DNA from: Candidatus Bathyarchaeota archaeon
GTDB lineage: Archaea; Thermoproteota; Bathyarchaeia; Bathyarchaeales; Bathycorpusculaceae
NCBI GenBank assembly: GCA_963827165.1
Contig: CAWGZR010000009.1
Span: 192,001-256,000 of the forward strand
DNA length: 64,000 nt
Reading direction: 5' to 3'
In this document: piece after piece, positions 19,195 through 30,206 of the stretch
Layout of the letters: every line of letters begins with the position of its first letter
How positions within the stretch are numbered: position 1 is the first letter of the stretch
Notes under the pieces: generated by a model
What the model was told of the DNA's origin: nothing
The model's database searches: none
Seen by the model: only the letters and a program-made list of their open reading frames with translations
Made by a program: the position numbers and the translations under genes

Positions 19195-21258
19195 CTAAAC
19201 GGGAGCAAATCGGGGTTTGATAAGCAGCACGTCTTCAATATAAGCTCTCAGCGGTTCAGCGACGCTCCACGCTTGTGCGATGCATCCTTCAGCCGAGTTA
19301 GGCGGGTCAGCGTCACAGATTTCGCCTATTAAGCCGAGTCCTGCCTGTTTGATTCCATCGTTGAAGAATGGTTCCAGAAGCTCTCTCTGCAGTTGTCCAC
19401 GAGAACTTTCGTTGTGGTTTTGGGTCTTGAGGTAAGCGGAAATGTAGGGTCCCAGCAACCAGGGCCAGATTGTTCCATTGTGGTAAGCCCGATCTCTGGT
19501 GTTTCGATCGCCCAGATATTTCCCCGTGTACTTTGCGTCACTCTTTGAAAGCGTCCTCAAACCGTAAGACGTCACAAACTCTCGGGCAACAACGTCAACT
19601 ATACTTTGCCAACGGGCGCGGTCGAGTATGGGGAAGTCAAGTGAAACAGCTAGAACCTGGTTAGGGCGAAGAGATGCATCAACTCCATGCGCATCCAGAA
19701 CATCAAAGAGGCAACCCAACGGTGGGTTCCAGAATTTGCTGTTGAAGCTTTCATAAGCCCTCTTCGCCAAAGAGCTGTACCTTTCAGCCAAAGGTTTTTC
19801 CCCGAATTTCTCCGCAAGCAACCGCATCGTACATAACGCGTTGTACCAGAGCGCTTGGATTTCAACGGCTTTCCCAGCCCGAGGGGTCACGGCTTCCCCG
19901 TTGACTTCCGCATCCATCCATGTGAGCCTTGCCCCATGCGTTAGCAAGCCGTCGGTGTCCATGCAGATGTCAAAGTTTGTGCCGTGCTGGTGGCTGCTAA
20001 TTATCTCTTGGAGTTTGCTCCACAGCGTGGTTTGCACGAATTGGTAGTCGCCTGTGTACTTGAGGTACTTTAGGATGGCGTTGATGTACCAGAGCGTGCC
20101 GTCGACGGTGTTGTAAGCAGGTTCACCCGACGTGTCAGCGACGTAGTTGGGAATAAGCCCGCCTTTGCAGAATCTCATGTAAGCTTCCAGAATGTCTCGC
20201 GCAGCGTTGAATCTGCCAGCAACGAGCAGCAACCCAGGCAATGAAACAAACGTATCCCGCCCCCACGATTCAAACCAATGGTAACCGGCAATAACGGACT
20301 TTTTGCTTGAGGAATCAGCAACGACGAAAGAGTCGGCGGCTAAAAAAATCCAGCTGAGCCAGTCGCTTAAAGGAATCTCGGATTCCAAACCATAGATGCC
20401 ATAAAGCAGATTTCTCTTCTGTGACTGCTCCCGATAAAAGGATAATTCAACATCAGTGATCGAGGCGCCGATGGAATCCAGAGTTTTCAGAGCCACTTGA
20501 TTGCTCACGTCTGCTGCCGATGAGACGGCGAATTCCTTAGCTTCCTGAGATGAAACATGAAACTCGAAAAAGCCGGGCTGGAAACAATCATCGACGTTTG
20601 CTTCACCTCTTGCAGCTTCCACCCGATATCTCAAGCCGTCTATCCAGTTGACTTCTTCATGGAACTCGCCGTCTGTTGCTCGGCACAAGAGCGCAACGGC
20701 AGGGTTCTGGAAGGTTAATTCTGTCCCTTGGCGGCTGCTTCTCTGCGTGAAATGCAACGAATTTTCTTTTCTCCTAGTAACAGTGTGGAAGTGTCGGCAG
20801 GTTAACATAGGGTAAATGCGGATCTTAGCCTCTTCGACGCTTCGATTCAAGACTTTGTAGATTACGGAAATCGCGTTCTTACCTTTCAACATAAAAACTG
20901 TTTTTCCAACCTCGACGGCGCCAACGTTGTAACTGAATGTTGGGAAAGGCGAGGTTGAAAAAGCCGTTTGAAAAGCATAGCCCTGAGGGTAAATAGATTC
21001 TTCAAACTCGTTAGAGCCCAACCTGTAAACTTCGCCGCCGACGAAAATGTCCTCGTCAATCTTTGACAGGCAAACCGTGCGTTCACCAGGCGGACGGAGC
21101 GCCGCAACCAGCAAGCCGTGATATTTCCTCGTATTAATCCCTAAAATGGTGCTTGACGCATAGCCGCCTAACCCGTTAGTTATGAGCCACTCCTTGCCTA
21201 GAGCCTCGCTGAAGCGGGAAAGCTCCTGTTGATTGAAGGCTAAGGCGGGCAGTTTCAT
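19195..21258 (-). CDS. Glycogen debranching enzyme (amylo-alpha-1,6-glucosidase)
   Basis: EWLITNGLGGYAS, AGYHWFESWGRDTF, TWMDA, YHNGTIWPW, QAWSVAE. Confidence 0.95.
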   Translation of the reverse strand: MKLPALAFNQQELSRFSEALGKEWLITNGLGGYASSTILGINTRKYHGLLVAALRPPGERTVCLSKIDEDIFVGGEVYRLGSNEFEESIYPQGYAFQTAFSTSPFPTFSYNVGAVEVGKTVFMLKGKNAISVIYKVLNRSVEEAKIRIYPMLTCRHFHTVTRRKENSLHFTQRSSRQGTELTFQNPAVALLCRATDGEFHEEVNWIDGLRYRVEAARGEANVDDCFQPGFFEFHVSSQEAKEFAVSSAADVSNQVALKTLDSIGASITDVELSFYREQSQKRNLLYGIYGLESEIPLSDWLSWIFLAADSFVVADSSSKKSVIAGYHWFESWGRDTFVSLPGLLLVAGRFNAARDILEAYMRFCKGGLIPNYVADTSGEPAYNTVDGTLWYINAILKYLKYTGDYQFVQTTLWSKLQEIISSHQHGTNFDICMDTDGLLTHGARLTWMDAEVNGEAVTPRAGKAVEIQALWYNALCTMRLLAEKFGEKPLAERYSSLAKRAYESFNSKFWNPPLGCLFDVLDAHGVDASLRPNQVLAVSLDFPILDRARWQSIVDVVAREFVTSYGLRTLSKSDAKYTGKYLGDRNTRDRAYHNGTIWPWLLGPYISAYLKTQNHNESSRGQLQRELLEPFFNDGIKQAGLGLIGEICDADPPNSAEGCIAQAWSVAEPLRAYIEDVLLIKPRFAPV

Positions 21259-21259
21259 T

Positions 21260-22141
21260 TTATGGCATCAGCTTTGCAATATTCTTGTCGCGTGGAGCGC
21301 AGAAATAGTTAGCCACGGGAACACATTTTGTTCTGAACAGAAGCAAATGCGGTTTGTTCAGTTTGTATTCAGTGAGGGTTTCAGCGTAACCCATACCTTT
21401 CGCGAAAATTAACTCTGCCGCGTTATAGACTTTGAGGAATTCGGGTGAAACTTCTTTCTTTAGCAGCCCAACCGCATCTGTCCCAGTAGTCAAAACAGCG
21501 TCTGCGATAGCGCCCATGCCTGACAACTCAACGTCATCCATAGTTGCGTCGTTGATGACTGCGCCGCCTTTAACCACGTAAGTCACTTTTAGACCCATGT
21601 TCTTGAGCTGCTCAACAAGCAACGTATCAAAAACGATTTCTCCAGCATTATCCGCTAAATAGAGCACGCTGTCAGCATTTTTCGCTATCTCATATGCACG
21701 GTCAATGTCGTCGATAAAGAGGTCTTTGCTTGCTTCCCGGATACATGCGGCTAAACTGTCAAGTGTGAATTTGTGACCTGGAATGTCAAACTCCATAATG
21801 TTTCCCACTATAGCACATAGGCAAGCCTTCTTGAAACGTTCCTGCTGGCTATATCCTGCATCGACAAACTTGCGCGCATGCGGTAGCAGTTTTAGAGCTT
21901 TCTCGTTAGCGGCTTTCTTGGTTCTGCTGTAGGGATCGATGTTGCCTGTTAACTCTTTGATTATTCGGTCCCGTTTCGTGCCTAGATCAGCAGCTACTGA
22001 AGACGATTTGAATTCCCGGTTCAGAAGACGAACCACCTCCGCGAGACATCGGAAACGAAGAGCGGGGTTTGTCGTTGCCTGATAAGTTTCGGTTTGGGCC
22101 CGAGAAAGCAGGCATGATTCGCATTCAGGTTCAACTTTCAA
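21260..22141 (-). CDS. DUF89/ARMT1-like damage-control phosphatase
   Basis: CESCL, GN..EF, DNAGEIVFD, INDAT, KGMGYAE. Confidence 0.92.
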   Translation of the reverse strand: MKVEPECESCLLSRAQTETYQATTNPALRFRCLAEVVRLLNREFKSSSVAADLGTKRDRIIKELTGNIDPYSRTKKAANEKALKLLPHARKFVDAGYSQQERFKKACLCAIVGNIMEFDIPGHKFTLDSLAACIREASKDLFIDDIDRAYEIAKNADSVLYLADNAGEIVFDTLLVEQLKNMGLKVTYVVKGGAVINDATMDDVELSGMGAIADAVLTTGTDAVGLLKKEVSPEFLKVYNAAELIFAKGMGYAETLTEYKLNKPHLLLFRTKCVPVANYFCAPRDKNIAKLMP

Positions 22142-22155
22142 GGCTAATCACATAT

Positions 22156-22872
<717 letters not shown>

Positions 22873-22917
22873 CTAATAATATTTGCCGTTGATTCGGCTA
22901 GCGAGAAGCTTGTCTTA

Positions 22918-24597
22918 TTAGGCGGAGGCTTTAACTTGAATTGCAGTTTTTTTGACCATTGGTTCGGTCAGCATGCCGATGAGTTGTCCATTTTTGACTA
23001 AGGCAGCCCGTTTCATTCCCTTTTCCGTCATAATCTTCATGGCGCTAATCATAGTCTCGTCATCCTGCAAATTAATCAGGGGTGTGAAATTGAGGTCTTT
23101 CGCTAGTGTTTTCTCAGGGTTTTTTCGGCTATCAACAATATCCTTCAGAAGGTCGCGGTCGTTAAGCACGCCAACTGGCTTTTGCTGCTCAGTTATCAAA
23201 ACCGAGTTCACTCCGTTCTTGAACATTTTGTCGACAATCATCGCGACTGTATCGTTTGTTGAAATTGTAACTGCTGGAAGTTTGGTCCCGGCTTGGCTGC
23301 TGACTTCTTGGATATCGATCCCTCTTTTCCAAATGTCACTGAGCATTTCACTGACTCTTTCTATCTGGCTGGGGTCAGTCGAGTAGAATGTATCGATTAA
23401 ATAGAATGGGACTTCAGACCCGAAGTCGTTCAGCGGCGGCATCTTAAACATGAAAAGGTGTTTGTTGTCAACGAGCATCATAGTAAGGTAGCTGATTGGA
23501 ACATGTTTTATTTCGTAGCGTGTCGCGAGTTTCTGTGCAGGTTCAAGGTTATCAAGATCGATTGAAGCCATCACGCGAACCTTCAACCCTTTCTTAAAAT
23601 ATTCCATCAGCGGGTCTTCTTCTGCCAAGCTGTTGATGCCTTGCGAGGATGTGATTACGACGATGTCTTTTTTAGCTGCGTCGAGAACCTTCTTGACTTT
23701 GCTCCAAGCTTCGTCAGCATCTTTGATCACCAGTGTTTCGCCTATCGGGATTCCGCTTTTGATCTCTTCAATTCTTCTTGATGCCTCGATGCCTGACTGC
23801 CACATCTGGCCAAAGAAAGCCTTGAGCACCGAAATGAACATCTTGTCGTTGATCCATAGGCCTTCATCTTCCAGATTCAACACTGAGGCTTCATTGCCAA
23901 AGGGAGCGTAAAGCATGGCTTCTTCTTCATCTTTTATTAAGAATCTTGGGAAGAACTTTGACGTCATCCCGACGTGGCGAAGTTTCATGGTAAGTTTGTC
24001 TTCTGTGACGGTTCGATCTATTCTTTCCACTGTTTTGTAGTTTTCCGGGGAGATGTCGGTTATTACTTGCACCTGTATGTTGCGGTCCTGTGTGGCGCTT
24101 ATGGCTGCGTCGAAGACTCCTGCTATGTCTTCCTGAATTAAGCCTAAAGAAGTTGTTAATATGATTGCTTCGTGGTTCGATTCCTCGATCATGGAGAGCA
24201 TTTTTGAATGAATCTTTTTCTTGCCTGTAATGATTGAGAATTTAGCTACTGGGTACTCCGACTCGGGCGCGCTGATTGACTGCCAAGCTGTCAGCAACGT
24301 TTGTTTCTGGTCATTAAGGTTAGTGACCTCGTTCTTTTTCGCGGTGATGAACGAGTCGACGAGGGCTTCAAAAGCGACGATGGTGAACCGAGTGGGCCGC
24401 TCCAGGGTGGCTTCGATGAAGCCTTTCTCCTGCAGTTTTTTGAAAGTGCGGTAGGCTTGGACCCGCTCCATCTTGAGCCTCTTCGCGACGAAGCTAGTGG
24501 ATTGTACCCCGCTTTTCGCTAAGAACATATAAACCTGTATTTCCCTCTTTGAAAGACCCAGGATTTGGAGGAACCGCGTAACATCTTTTTCGCTCAT
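22918..24597 (-). CDS. TrmB-family regulator with tandem effector domains and C-terminal CBS pair
   Basis: LGLSKREIQVY...YRTFKKLQEKGFI HTH, two similar alpha/beta modules, CBS repeats (PVGVLNDRDL, LIGMLT). Confidence 0.88.
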   Translation of the reverse strand: MSEKDVTRFLQILGLSKREIQVYMFLAKSGVQSTSFVAKRLKMERVQAYRTFKKLQEKGFIEATLERPTRFTIVAFEALVDSFITAKKNEVTNLNDQKQTLLTAWQSISAPESEYPVAKFSIITGKKKIHSKMLSMIEESNHEAIILTTSLGLIQEDIAGVFDAAISATQDRNIQVQVITDISPENYKTVERIDRTVTEDKLTMKLRHVGMTSKFFPRFLIKDEEEAMLYAPFGNEASVLNLEDEGLWINDKMFISVLKAFFGQMWQSGIEASRRIEEIKSGIPIGETLVIKDADEAWSKVKKVLDAAKKDIVVITSSQGINSLAEEDPLMEYFKKGLKVRVMASIDLDNLEPAQKLATRYEIKHVPISYLTMMLVDNKHLFMFKMPPLNDFGSEVPFYLIDTFYSTDPSQIERVSEMLSDIWKRGIDIQEVSSQAGTKLPAVTISTNDTVAMIVDKMFKNGVNSVLITEQQKPVGVLNDRDLLKDIVDSRKNPEKTLAKDLNFTPLINLQDDETMISAMKIMTEKGMKRAALVKNGQLIGMLTEPMVKKTAIQVKASA

Positions 24598-24730
24598 CAG
24601 GCAACCGCCGTCTAAAACTCGCTGTTTTCCCAAAATAGGGATGTGACTTCCCACTAATATAACTAATGTTTTCTTGTAGACTTTTCACCTAGCTACATGA
24701 CTACAAATCGAGTTTTGCGTCGTAATAAAC

Positions 24731-25432
24731 TTAATTAAGGGTTTTCTGCATTGTGCCCCTCTCGCTTTTCGCTCTTTTCGCGGGTTTCCATGATTTGCGC
24801 ACAAAACTCGGGAAGTCATCATTGTGTTCCAGCAACGAGCGGAGGAAAACCATTGTTTTTTCGTCAGTTAAGTATCCGCTACCGAAGTCACCCCACTGTG
24901 CCCTAAGAGCCGCGACTTCCCTGTCGCGCTCGACTTTCGCAATTATAGATGCGGCTGAAACAACAGGGTAAAGTCTGTCGGCTTTGTGCCGTGATATGAT
25001 GCGGGTTTTGATTTTAAGGCATTCTCGTATATGATTTCCGAATCTGTGTTCAACAGTGTCTGCCGCATCAACGTAAACTTCGTCAGGCGCCAACTCCTCG
25101 ATGATCTGCGCCATGATCTGAGCCTCCAAACGGTTAAGTTTATGCAGCCGCCTTGCACTCGAGACCGCCACATCGATCTGGCTCGGAGGCACCTTAATCG
25201 TCATGTATTTTTGGGTTAGTTGCAAGATTGCAGGATAGAGCAGTTCCCGTTTTTGGGGCGTTAGCAACTTGGAGTCTTTTACGCCAAGCTCGACGAGAAT
25301 CGGCAAAACCTCAGCTTTAACCATGACGCCGGCAACAACCAAAGGTCCCACGACGCATCCGCGCCCCGCCTCATCAACACCAGCAATCAAATCCCTACCC
25401 AAACCCCACCACTCAATAACAAAAGCCATCAC
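24731..25432 (-). CDS. rnhB: Ribonuclease HII
   Basis: GVDEAGRG, GVKDSK, VSAASIIAK, DFGSGY. Confidence 0.97.
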   Translation of the reverse strand: MMAFVIEWWGLGRDLIAGVDEAGRGCVVGPLVVAGVMVKAEVLPILVELGVKDSKLLTPQKRELLYPAILQLTQKYMTIKVPPSQIDVAVSSARRLHKLNRLEAQIMAQIIEELAPDEVYVDAADTVEHRFGNHIRECLKIKTRIISRHKADRLYPVVSAASIIAKVERDREVAALRAQWGDFGSGYLTDEKTMVFLRSLLEHNDDFPSFVRKSWKPAKRAKSERGTMQKTLN

Positions 25433-25650
25433 CGAACTAAGCTATAACAGTTTTCCAAAAGCTGAGACTAAAAGAGAAATAGGCCAGAACGCAATTTTTG
25501 GTTGTTTTATTTTTTGTTTAGAATCAAAATCAAGCTCGACAGGATATATTTTCCGAAAGTGAATGAATAATTCGCTAACAAAGCAGACCTAAACTCCTTC
25601 ATACCTAACATGCAGCGCAATTCGTCTCCTCCTGTGTTTCCAGGCGAAAA

Positions 25651-27012
25651 TTACGTTGCTTTGAAGTTTTCGAAATGAGTTTTGTAATTGCTTTGTTTCC
25701 ACAAAGCATCGTACGATGAGCCGACAGGGTCAAGTTGTTGCACGTCACAGACTAAACTGTCGGGAACAATCAGAACCAAAAAGAAAAACTCCCCGTATTG
25801 CCTACGGAACAACCCCAGCTTAAACAAAAACTCCTCTAAACCGCTCTTCACCCCGTGCGGCTCAAGCAGAACCTTCTTTCCAGAATATGTTAAACGAGGC
25901 AGAAGAAAATCAGGTTTATACGTCATCAACCTGGAGCCTCTAACGTCAAAGCAGGGAAGAGAGAACTCCATGAATTCATAGTTGAAAACTACCTGCTTAC
26001 TCTTTAAAAACTCATAAACCTCGGTTTCCAACCCAGTAAAGGCACCCGGCTGAATCAACTCTCCAATCCGATTGTAACGATAGATTACAGTCAAATACCT
26101 CATCAATGGCACAGATGTTTCCAGGTGCTTTTTAATGAAGAATCTCAGAGATTTCTCAATAGAGGTGGGCGTCAAATCAGAGTATTCAAGCCAACTGCCC
26201 AAGATGAAAAAGGGAAAATCAACAATCGTCGGATCCTCGGGAAACAGCATTTTCGCGAATAAAGTGAAACGCTCCGTGTCCCTGTCAAACTCGGCAGTAC
26301 TGCTCCACCAGCTCAGCGGACGATTTTTTACGCTCAACCCAAATGGCAAATTTTCGTTTTCGCTCAAACCCAGAGCTACGAACACTCTTAGTTTTGGAGT
26401 AGTCAACGGCACCATCAAGTCCTTAGGGTCGAAAGCAAATAGTCCAAGGTCAGGAGGGTGACGCACCATCCAGCGCAGGTACAGCCAGGTTTTTGATGTG
26501 TGCTGCTTGTTCATCCGTTTGACGCTAAAAGCGAGTTGTTTCGCAAAATCCTTTGGCTTCAGCCCTTTGCGACTCATAACCGACGCATACTTTATTAGGT
26601 CGCCGTTTGCTTTCTGCGCAATAAACTTGTTAACTGAGCATAGCACTTCAGGAATTTCGGTTTTTGTTTCTCCAAGCTTATCGAAATGCTTTGTTTTCTC
26701 TTCAAACCTGCGAATCTCGGTCTTGAATTCTTCAGCAGTCTCCCAGGCATACAACTTGTTTCCTAAAGCGTTGTGAAAATGGTTAAGAAGCAATCGGATG
26801 TTACGCGGGTTTCCCGTAAGGTGGTTGTCACTCAAAGCGGCTGCCAACAGAAAATATTTTGCTGCTTCTTTCTTGGCTTCGTGGTTTATCAGTGGCGTGA
26901 ACCAAAATTTTGGTTCCAGCTCTGAGTCAAGCTCTAAATCGACTATGTTGCTGTAGCATTGAACAAACTGAACAGTTAGGTTTCGTAACTCTTCAGGTAC
27001 CTCTTGAGCCAT
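25651..27012 (-). CDS. DUF2400 (HhH-like) domain fused to a C-terminal PD-(D/E)xK-like nuclease
   Basis: LYLRWMVR..DLGL..LMVPL and PEDP..DF; C-terminal YE...TYKPDFLL..VLLEPHG. Confidence 0.65.
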   Translation of the reverse strand: MAQEVPEELRNLTVQFVQCYSNIVDLELDSELEPKFWFTPLINHEAKKEAAKYFLLAAALSDNHLTGNPRNIRLLLNHFHNALGNKLYAWETAEEFKTEIRRFEEKTKHFDKLGETKTEIPEVLCSVNKFIAQKANGDLIKYASVMSRKGLKPKDFAKQLAFSVKRMNKQHTSKTWLYLRWMVRHPPDLGLFAFDPKDLMVPLTTPKLRVFVALGLSENENLPFGLSVKNRPLSWWSSTAEFDRDTERFTLFAKMLFPEDPTIVDFPFFILGSWLEYSDLTPTSIEKSLRFFIKKHLETSVPLMRYLTVIYRYNRIGELIQPGAFTGLETEVYEFLKSKQVVFNYEFMEFSLPCFDVRGSRLMTYKPDFLLPRLTYSGKKVLLEPHGVKSGLEEFLFKLGLFRRQYGEFFFLVLIVPDSLVCDVQQLDPVGSSYDALWKQSNYKTHFENFKAT

Positions 27013-27188
27013 AAGCGCTGAATTGGTCGCTTCTAGCTTAATTGCTTTTTCAACGCAACTCTGAAATGCAACTTGGATCGTGCTTTCTCCTTTTTCAGCT
27101 GATCAGCCTTTTGTGGGGCCAAAAATAAGAAGCCGTATAAACCAGCCGAAAAATACTCCTGTTATCTGGTTGGCGGTTGGTTTAAGCT

Positions 27189-28919
27189 ATGAACAGAAAA
27201 ATGTTAATCTTCCTTTGTATGCTGATTCTTCTATCAAGCATTGCTGTTCCAATGTTTTTAGGAATATTTCAAGCTGCGAACGCACAGAGCAGCGATTCAA
27301 GCAGCGACCCAAACTCATCGCTCATGTTTCACAGCGATCTAAGCCACACGGGCGCCTCCGAATCTCCTGCACCCCAAACTAATGTAACCTCATGGATTTA
27401 CATGGTGGGGGGCAATGTGACCGGTTCCCCAGCCGTCGCCAATGGGGTCCTTTACGTCGGCTCATACGACCATAATATGTACGCTTTCAATGCCAAAACA
27501 GGCACCAAGATATGGAATTTCACGACTGGGAACGTTGTGGGTTCTTCGCCAGCCGTTGCAGGTTCGACGGTCTACTTTGGGTCGTGGGATGATAATGTTT
27601 ACGCTTTGAACGCCGTTAATGGAGCAAAGATTTGGTCATTCGCCACGGGCGCTCCCGTCTTTTCGTCGCCCGCGGTTGTAGGAGGAGTAGTTTATGTGGG
27701 CTCGCAGGACGATAACCTTTATGCATTGAATGCTTCAACGGGTCAACCAATATGGACGTTCACAACTAGAGGCCAAGTGTGGTCTTCTCCCGCGATTGCA
27801 AACGGTATAGTTTACATCGGCTCTTACGACAACAACATCTACGCTTTGAATGCAACGACCGGGAACGAAATCTGGAATTTCACAACAGGTGGAGAAGTGT
27901 ATTCGTCGCCTGCAGTTTCAAATGGAATGCTCTACGTAGGGTCAGACGACCATAATGTTTACGGCATAAACGCAGCAACCGGCAATCCGATATGGAGATA
28001 CACGACGGGCGATACAATATGGTCTTCTCCCGCCGTTTCAAACGGAATTGTCTACATAGGTTCAAACGACCGTAGCGTTTACGCTCTGGACGCTACTACC
28101 GGGAGAAAAATCTGGAGTTATACAACGATCGCTGCAGTAGCCTCCTCCCCATCTGTCGCGGGCGGAACAGTTTTCGTGGGCACAGACGAAGATTACCTTT
28201 ATTCTTTGAACGGAGCAACAGGCGTTTTAAATTGGTGGCTTGTTACGGGTGGGGTAAGTTGCGCCCCTGCGGTTGCGGGCGGTGAGGTTTATGTTGGTAC
28301 ATGGGAACATGAAGTTTTTGCTATTGGCGGCTCACCAATGGCGACGGCTACCCCAACAGAAACCCCTGTTCCGGCTTCGAATTCAACCTCGATTGCTCCG
28401 AACCCAACTCCGATTCCGACTCCCGCTCCATCAATGGCGCCAACAACGGTACAGGCAATCACAACAAGCGGTTCGACCATTGACCTGTCTTTAAGCGGAA
28501 ACATAACAAGTACCCAAATAAACAACGCCACAATCACACAAAACCAATCAGCCGCCTCAACAATCGTCTCCTTCACCGTAACAGGAACAAGCGGCACCAC
28601 AGGCTTCGGGAACATAACGATCCCAAAAACAGCGGTCCCATATGGAACAACACCCAAAATCTACATCGACGGACAGCAAACCCAAAACCAAGGCTATACC
28701 CAAGACAGCAGCAACTACTACGTCTGGTACACCACACATTTTAGCACACACCAAATATCAATCGTTTTCGCAAGCGCACCTTCAGGGTCCAAGGGAGCTA
28801 CAAGTACACTAGGTTTAGTCTACGGCGCAGTAGCAGGCATAGCAGTCGTAGCGATAGTTATCGTTGCCCTTACGCTATTAATAAACTCTCGAAGAGACAA
28901 AGGCTCGCAAGAGGATTAA
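27189..28919 (+). CDS. PQQ/BamB-like beta-propeller surface protein
   Basis: Eight SSPAV.GG.VYVGS.D..YALNA.TG..IW repeats; signal peptide; C-terminal TM. Confidence 0.92.
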   Translation: MNRKMLIFLCMLILLSSIAVPMFLGIFQAANAQSSDSSSDPNSSLMFHSDLSHTGASESPAPQTNVTSWIYMVGGNVTGSPAVANGVLYVGSYDHNMYAFNAKTGTKIWNFTTGNVVGSSPAVAGSTVYFGSWDDNVYALNAVNGAKIWSFATGAPVFSSPAVVGGVVYVGSQDDNLYALNASTGQPIWTFTTRGQVWSSPAIANGIVYIGSYDNNIYALNATTGNEIWNFTTGGEVYSSPAVSNGMLYVGSDDHNVYGINAATGNPIWRYTTGDTIWSSPAVSNGIVYIGSNDRSVYALDATTGRKIWSYTTIAAVASSPSVAGGTVFVGTDEDYLYSLNGATGVLNWWLVTGGVSCAPAVAGGEVYVGTWEHEVFAIGGSPMATATPTETPVPASNSTSIAPNPTPIPTPAPSMAPTTVQAITTSGSTIDLSLSGNITSTQINNATITQNQSAASTIVSFTVTGTSGTTGFGNITIPKTAVPYGTTPKIYIDGQQTQNQGYTQDSSNYYVWYTTHFSTHQISIVFASAPSGSKGATSTLGLVYGAVAGIAVVAIVIVALTLLINSRRDKGSQED

Positions 28920-28926
28920 GCCAACC

Positions 28927-29967
28927 CTAAAGTTTTATTATTCCTTTTAGGCTTTCGGCAGCGGTTTCGGGTGTCACAGTGTTAATGAAGATTCCCGCTG
29001 TGATTTCGAAGCCTGCCCAAGTCGACAGTTTCGGCTGGACCTCCAAATGCCAATGATAAAAGTCCTCGGCGTCTTTGGTTAGGGCTAAGTGGAACCCGTA
29101 ATTGTAGGGCGGATCATTAACCAAATCCTTCAGTGCCTTAAGGCTCTCCTTGAGGGTTTTAGCGAACTCTGCTACTTCGATGTCGCTGAGTTGAAGTGGG
29201 TTTGGAGCGTGTTTTCTGGGCACGATCCAAAATTCCATCGGATCGATGCTGGCGTAAGGAGCAAAAACCACGAAGTCATCGCCGTTATAGATGAACCTTG
29301 GACCTTTGGTTTCTTGCTCGATTATGTCGCAGAAAACACATCGCCCGTGTTCAGCGAAGAATTTCTTGCTGGCGGTAATCTCTTCTTGAATCATCGGCGG
29401 AACCATCGGCGTGGCAATCATTTGACTGTGCGCGTGGCTAAGAGATGCACCTGCCTCTTGGCCGTAATTGCGGAAAATCGAAACGTACTTCACATATGGT
29501 TTCGCGCTCATTCCTCTGAGCCTGTCGAGGTACGCGTGGATAACCAGCTCAAGCTGAGGCAAATCTGCATCAGCGGGATTTTCATCGTGGTTCGGCGACT
29601 CAATAATAACTTCGTGCTGCCCGATTGCGTTGCCCAAGAATTCGCTTGAAAAGATTTGCTCCGCGTCCTGCGGCTGTTTTGGTGGGCTGAAAGCTGGGAA
29701 AAGGTTTGGAATGCAGCGGACAAGCCAGTTCTTTGGGCGTTCGCCGACAGAAGGGTCCTGGGCTACATGGACTTCGCCGTCGCCTTTTAGATACAACATT
29801 ACGGCTGGAGGCGTCATGGACTCGTTCCCTACACACATCGGGCAAACCGCCGGCTTTGCATTTTCAGTCTTCTTCTTAACAAAATCAGTCGGACGCCGAC
29901 CCCGCTCAGTCGCAATAACAACCCAACGGTTCAATAAATAATCTTTCCTAAGCTCATTATATGGCAT
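28927..29967 (-). CDS. galT: Galactose-1-phosphate uridylyltransferase (GalT family)
   Basis: RGRRP, CPMC, GASLSHAHSQ, YHWH. Confidence 0.92.
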   Translation of the reverse strand: MPYNELRKDYLLNRWVVIATERGRRPTDFVKKKTENAKPAVCPMCVGNESMTPPAVMLYLKGDGEVHVAQDPSVGERPKNWLVRCIPNLFPAFSPPKQPQDAEQIFSSEFLGNAIGQHEVIIESPNHDENPADADLPQLELVIHAYLDRLRGMSAKPYVKYVSIFRNYGQEAGASLSHAHSQMIATPMVPPMIQEEITASKKFFAEHGRCVFCDIIEQETKGPRFIYNGDDFVVFAPYASIDPMEFWIVPRKHAPNPLQLSDIEVAEFAKTLKESLKALKDLVNDPPYNYGFHLALTKDAEDFYHWHLEVQPKLSTWAGFEITAGIFINTVTPETAAESLKGIIKL

Positions 29968-30206
29968 GATAAGCACCCCGAAAAACAAAGGCGGTGAACC
30001 ATTTTAGAGTTTCCCAAAAAGAAAATCACGGGTCTTAAGGTTGTCTCTGTTTTTCATTTATCGTAAAATGAGTTCTTTTATCCAAAACCATATCTAAATT
30101 TTTTTTTCGGGCAACGTTCAGGGTTCAAACCACAAATGGGAAGGTAAAGCATATATCTGTAAACTTATCTGTGTTATTTTTCACTTAACTTGTTACTGGC
30201 GAAAAA

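Noticed and set aside
27400-28320. ~120-bp DNA repeats here and at 10640-11470
   Set aside because: Fully explained by beta-propeller blade repeats in the proteins
30110-30140. GGTTCAAACC as a tRNA T-loop
   Set aside because: No cloverleaf stems around it
30165-30200. Second NikR site upstream of nadA
   Set aside because: Only one half-site (TGTTACTG); no partner at N16 spacing
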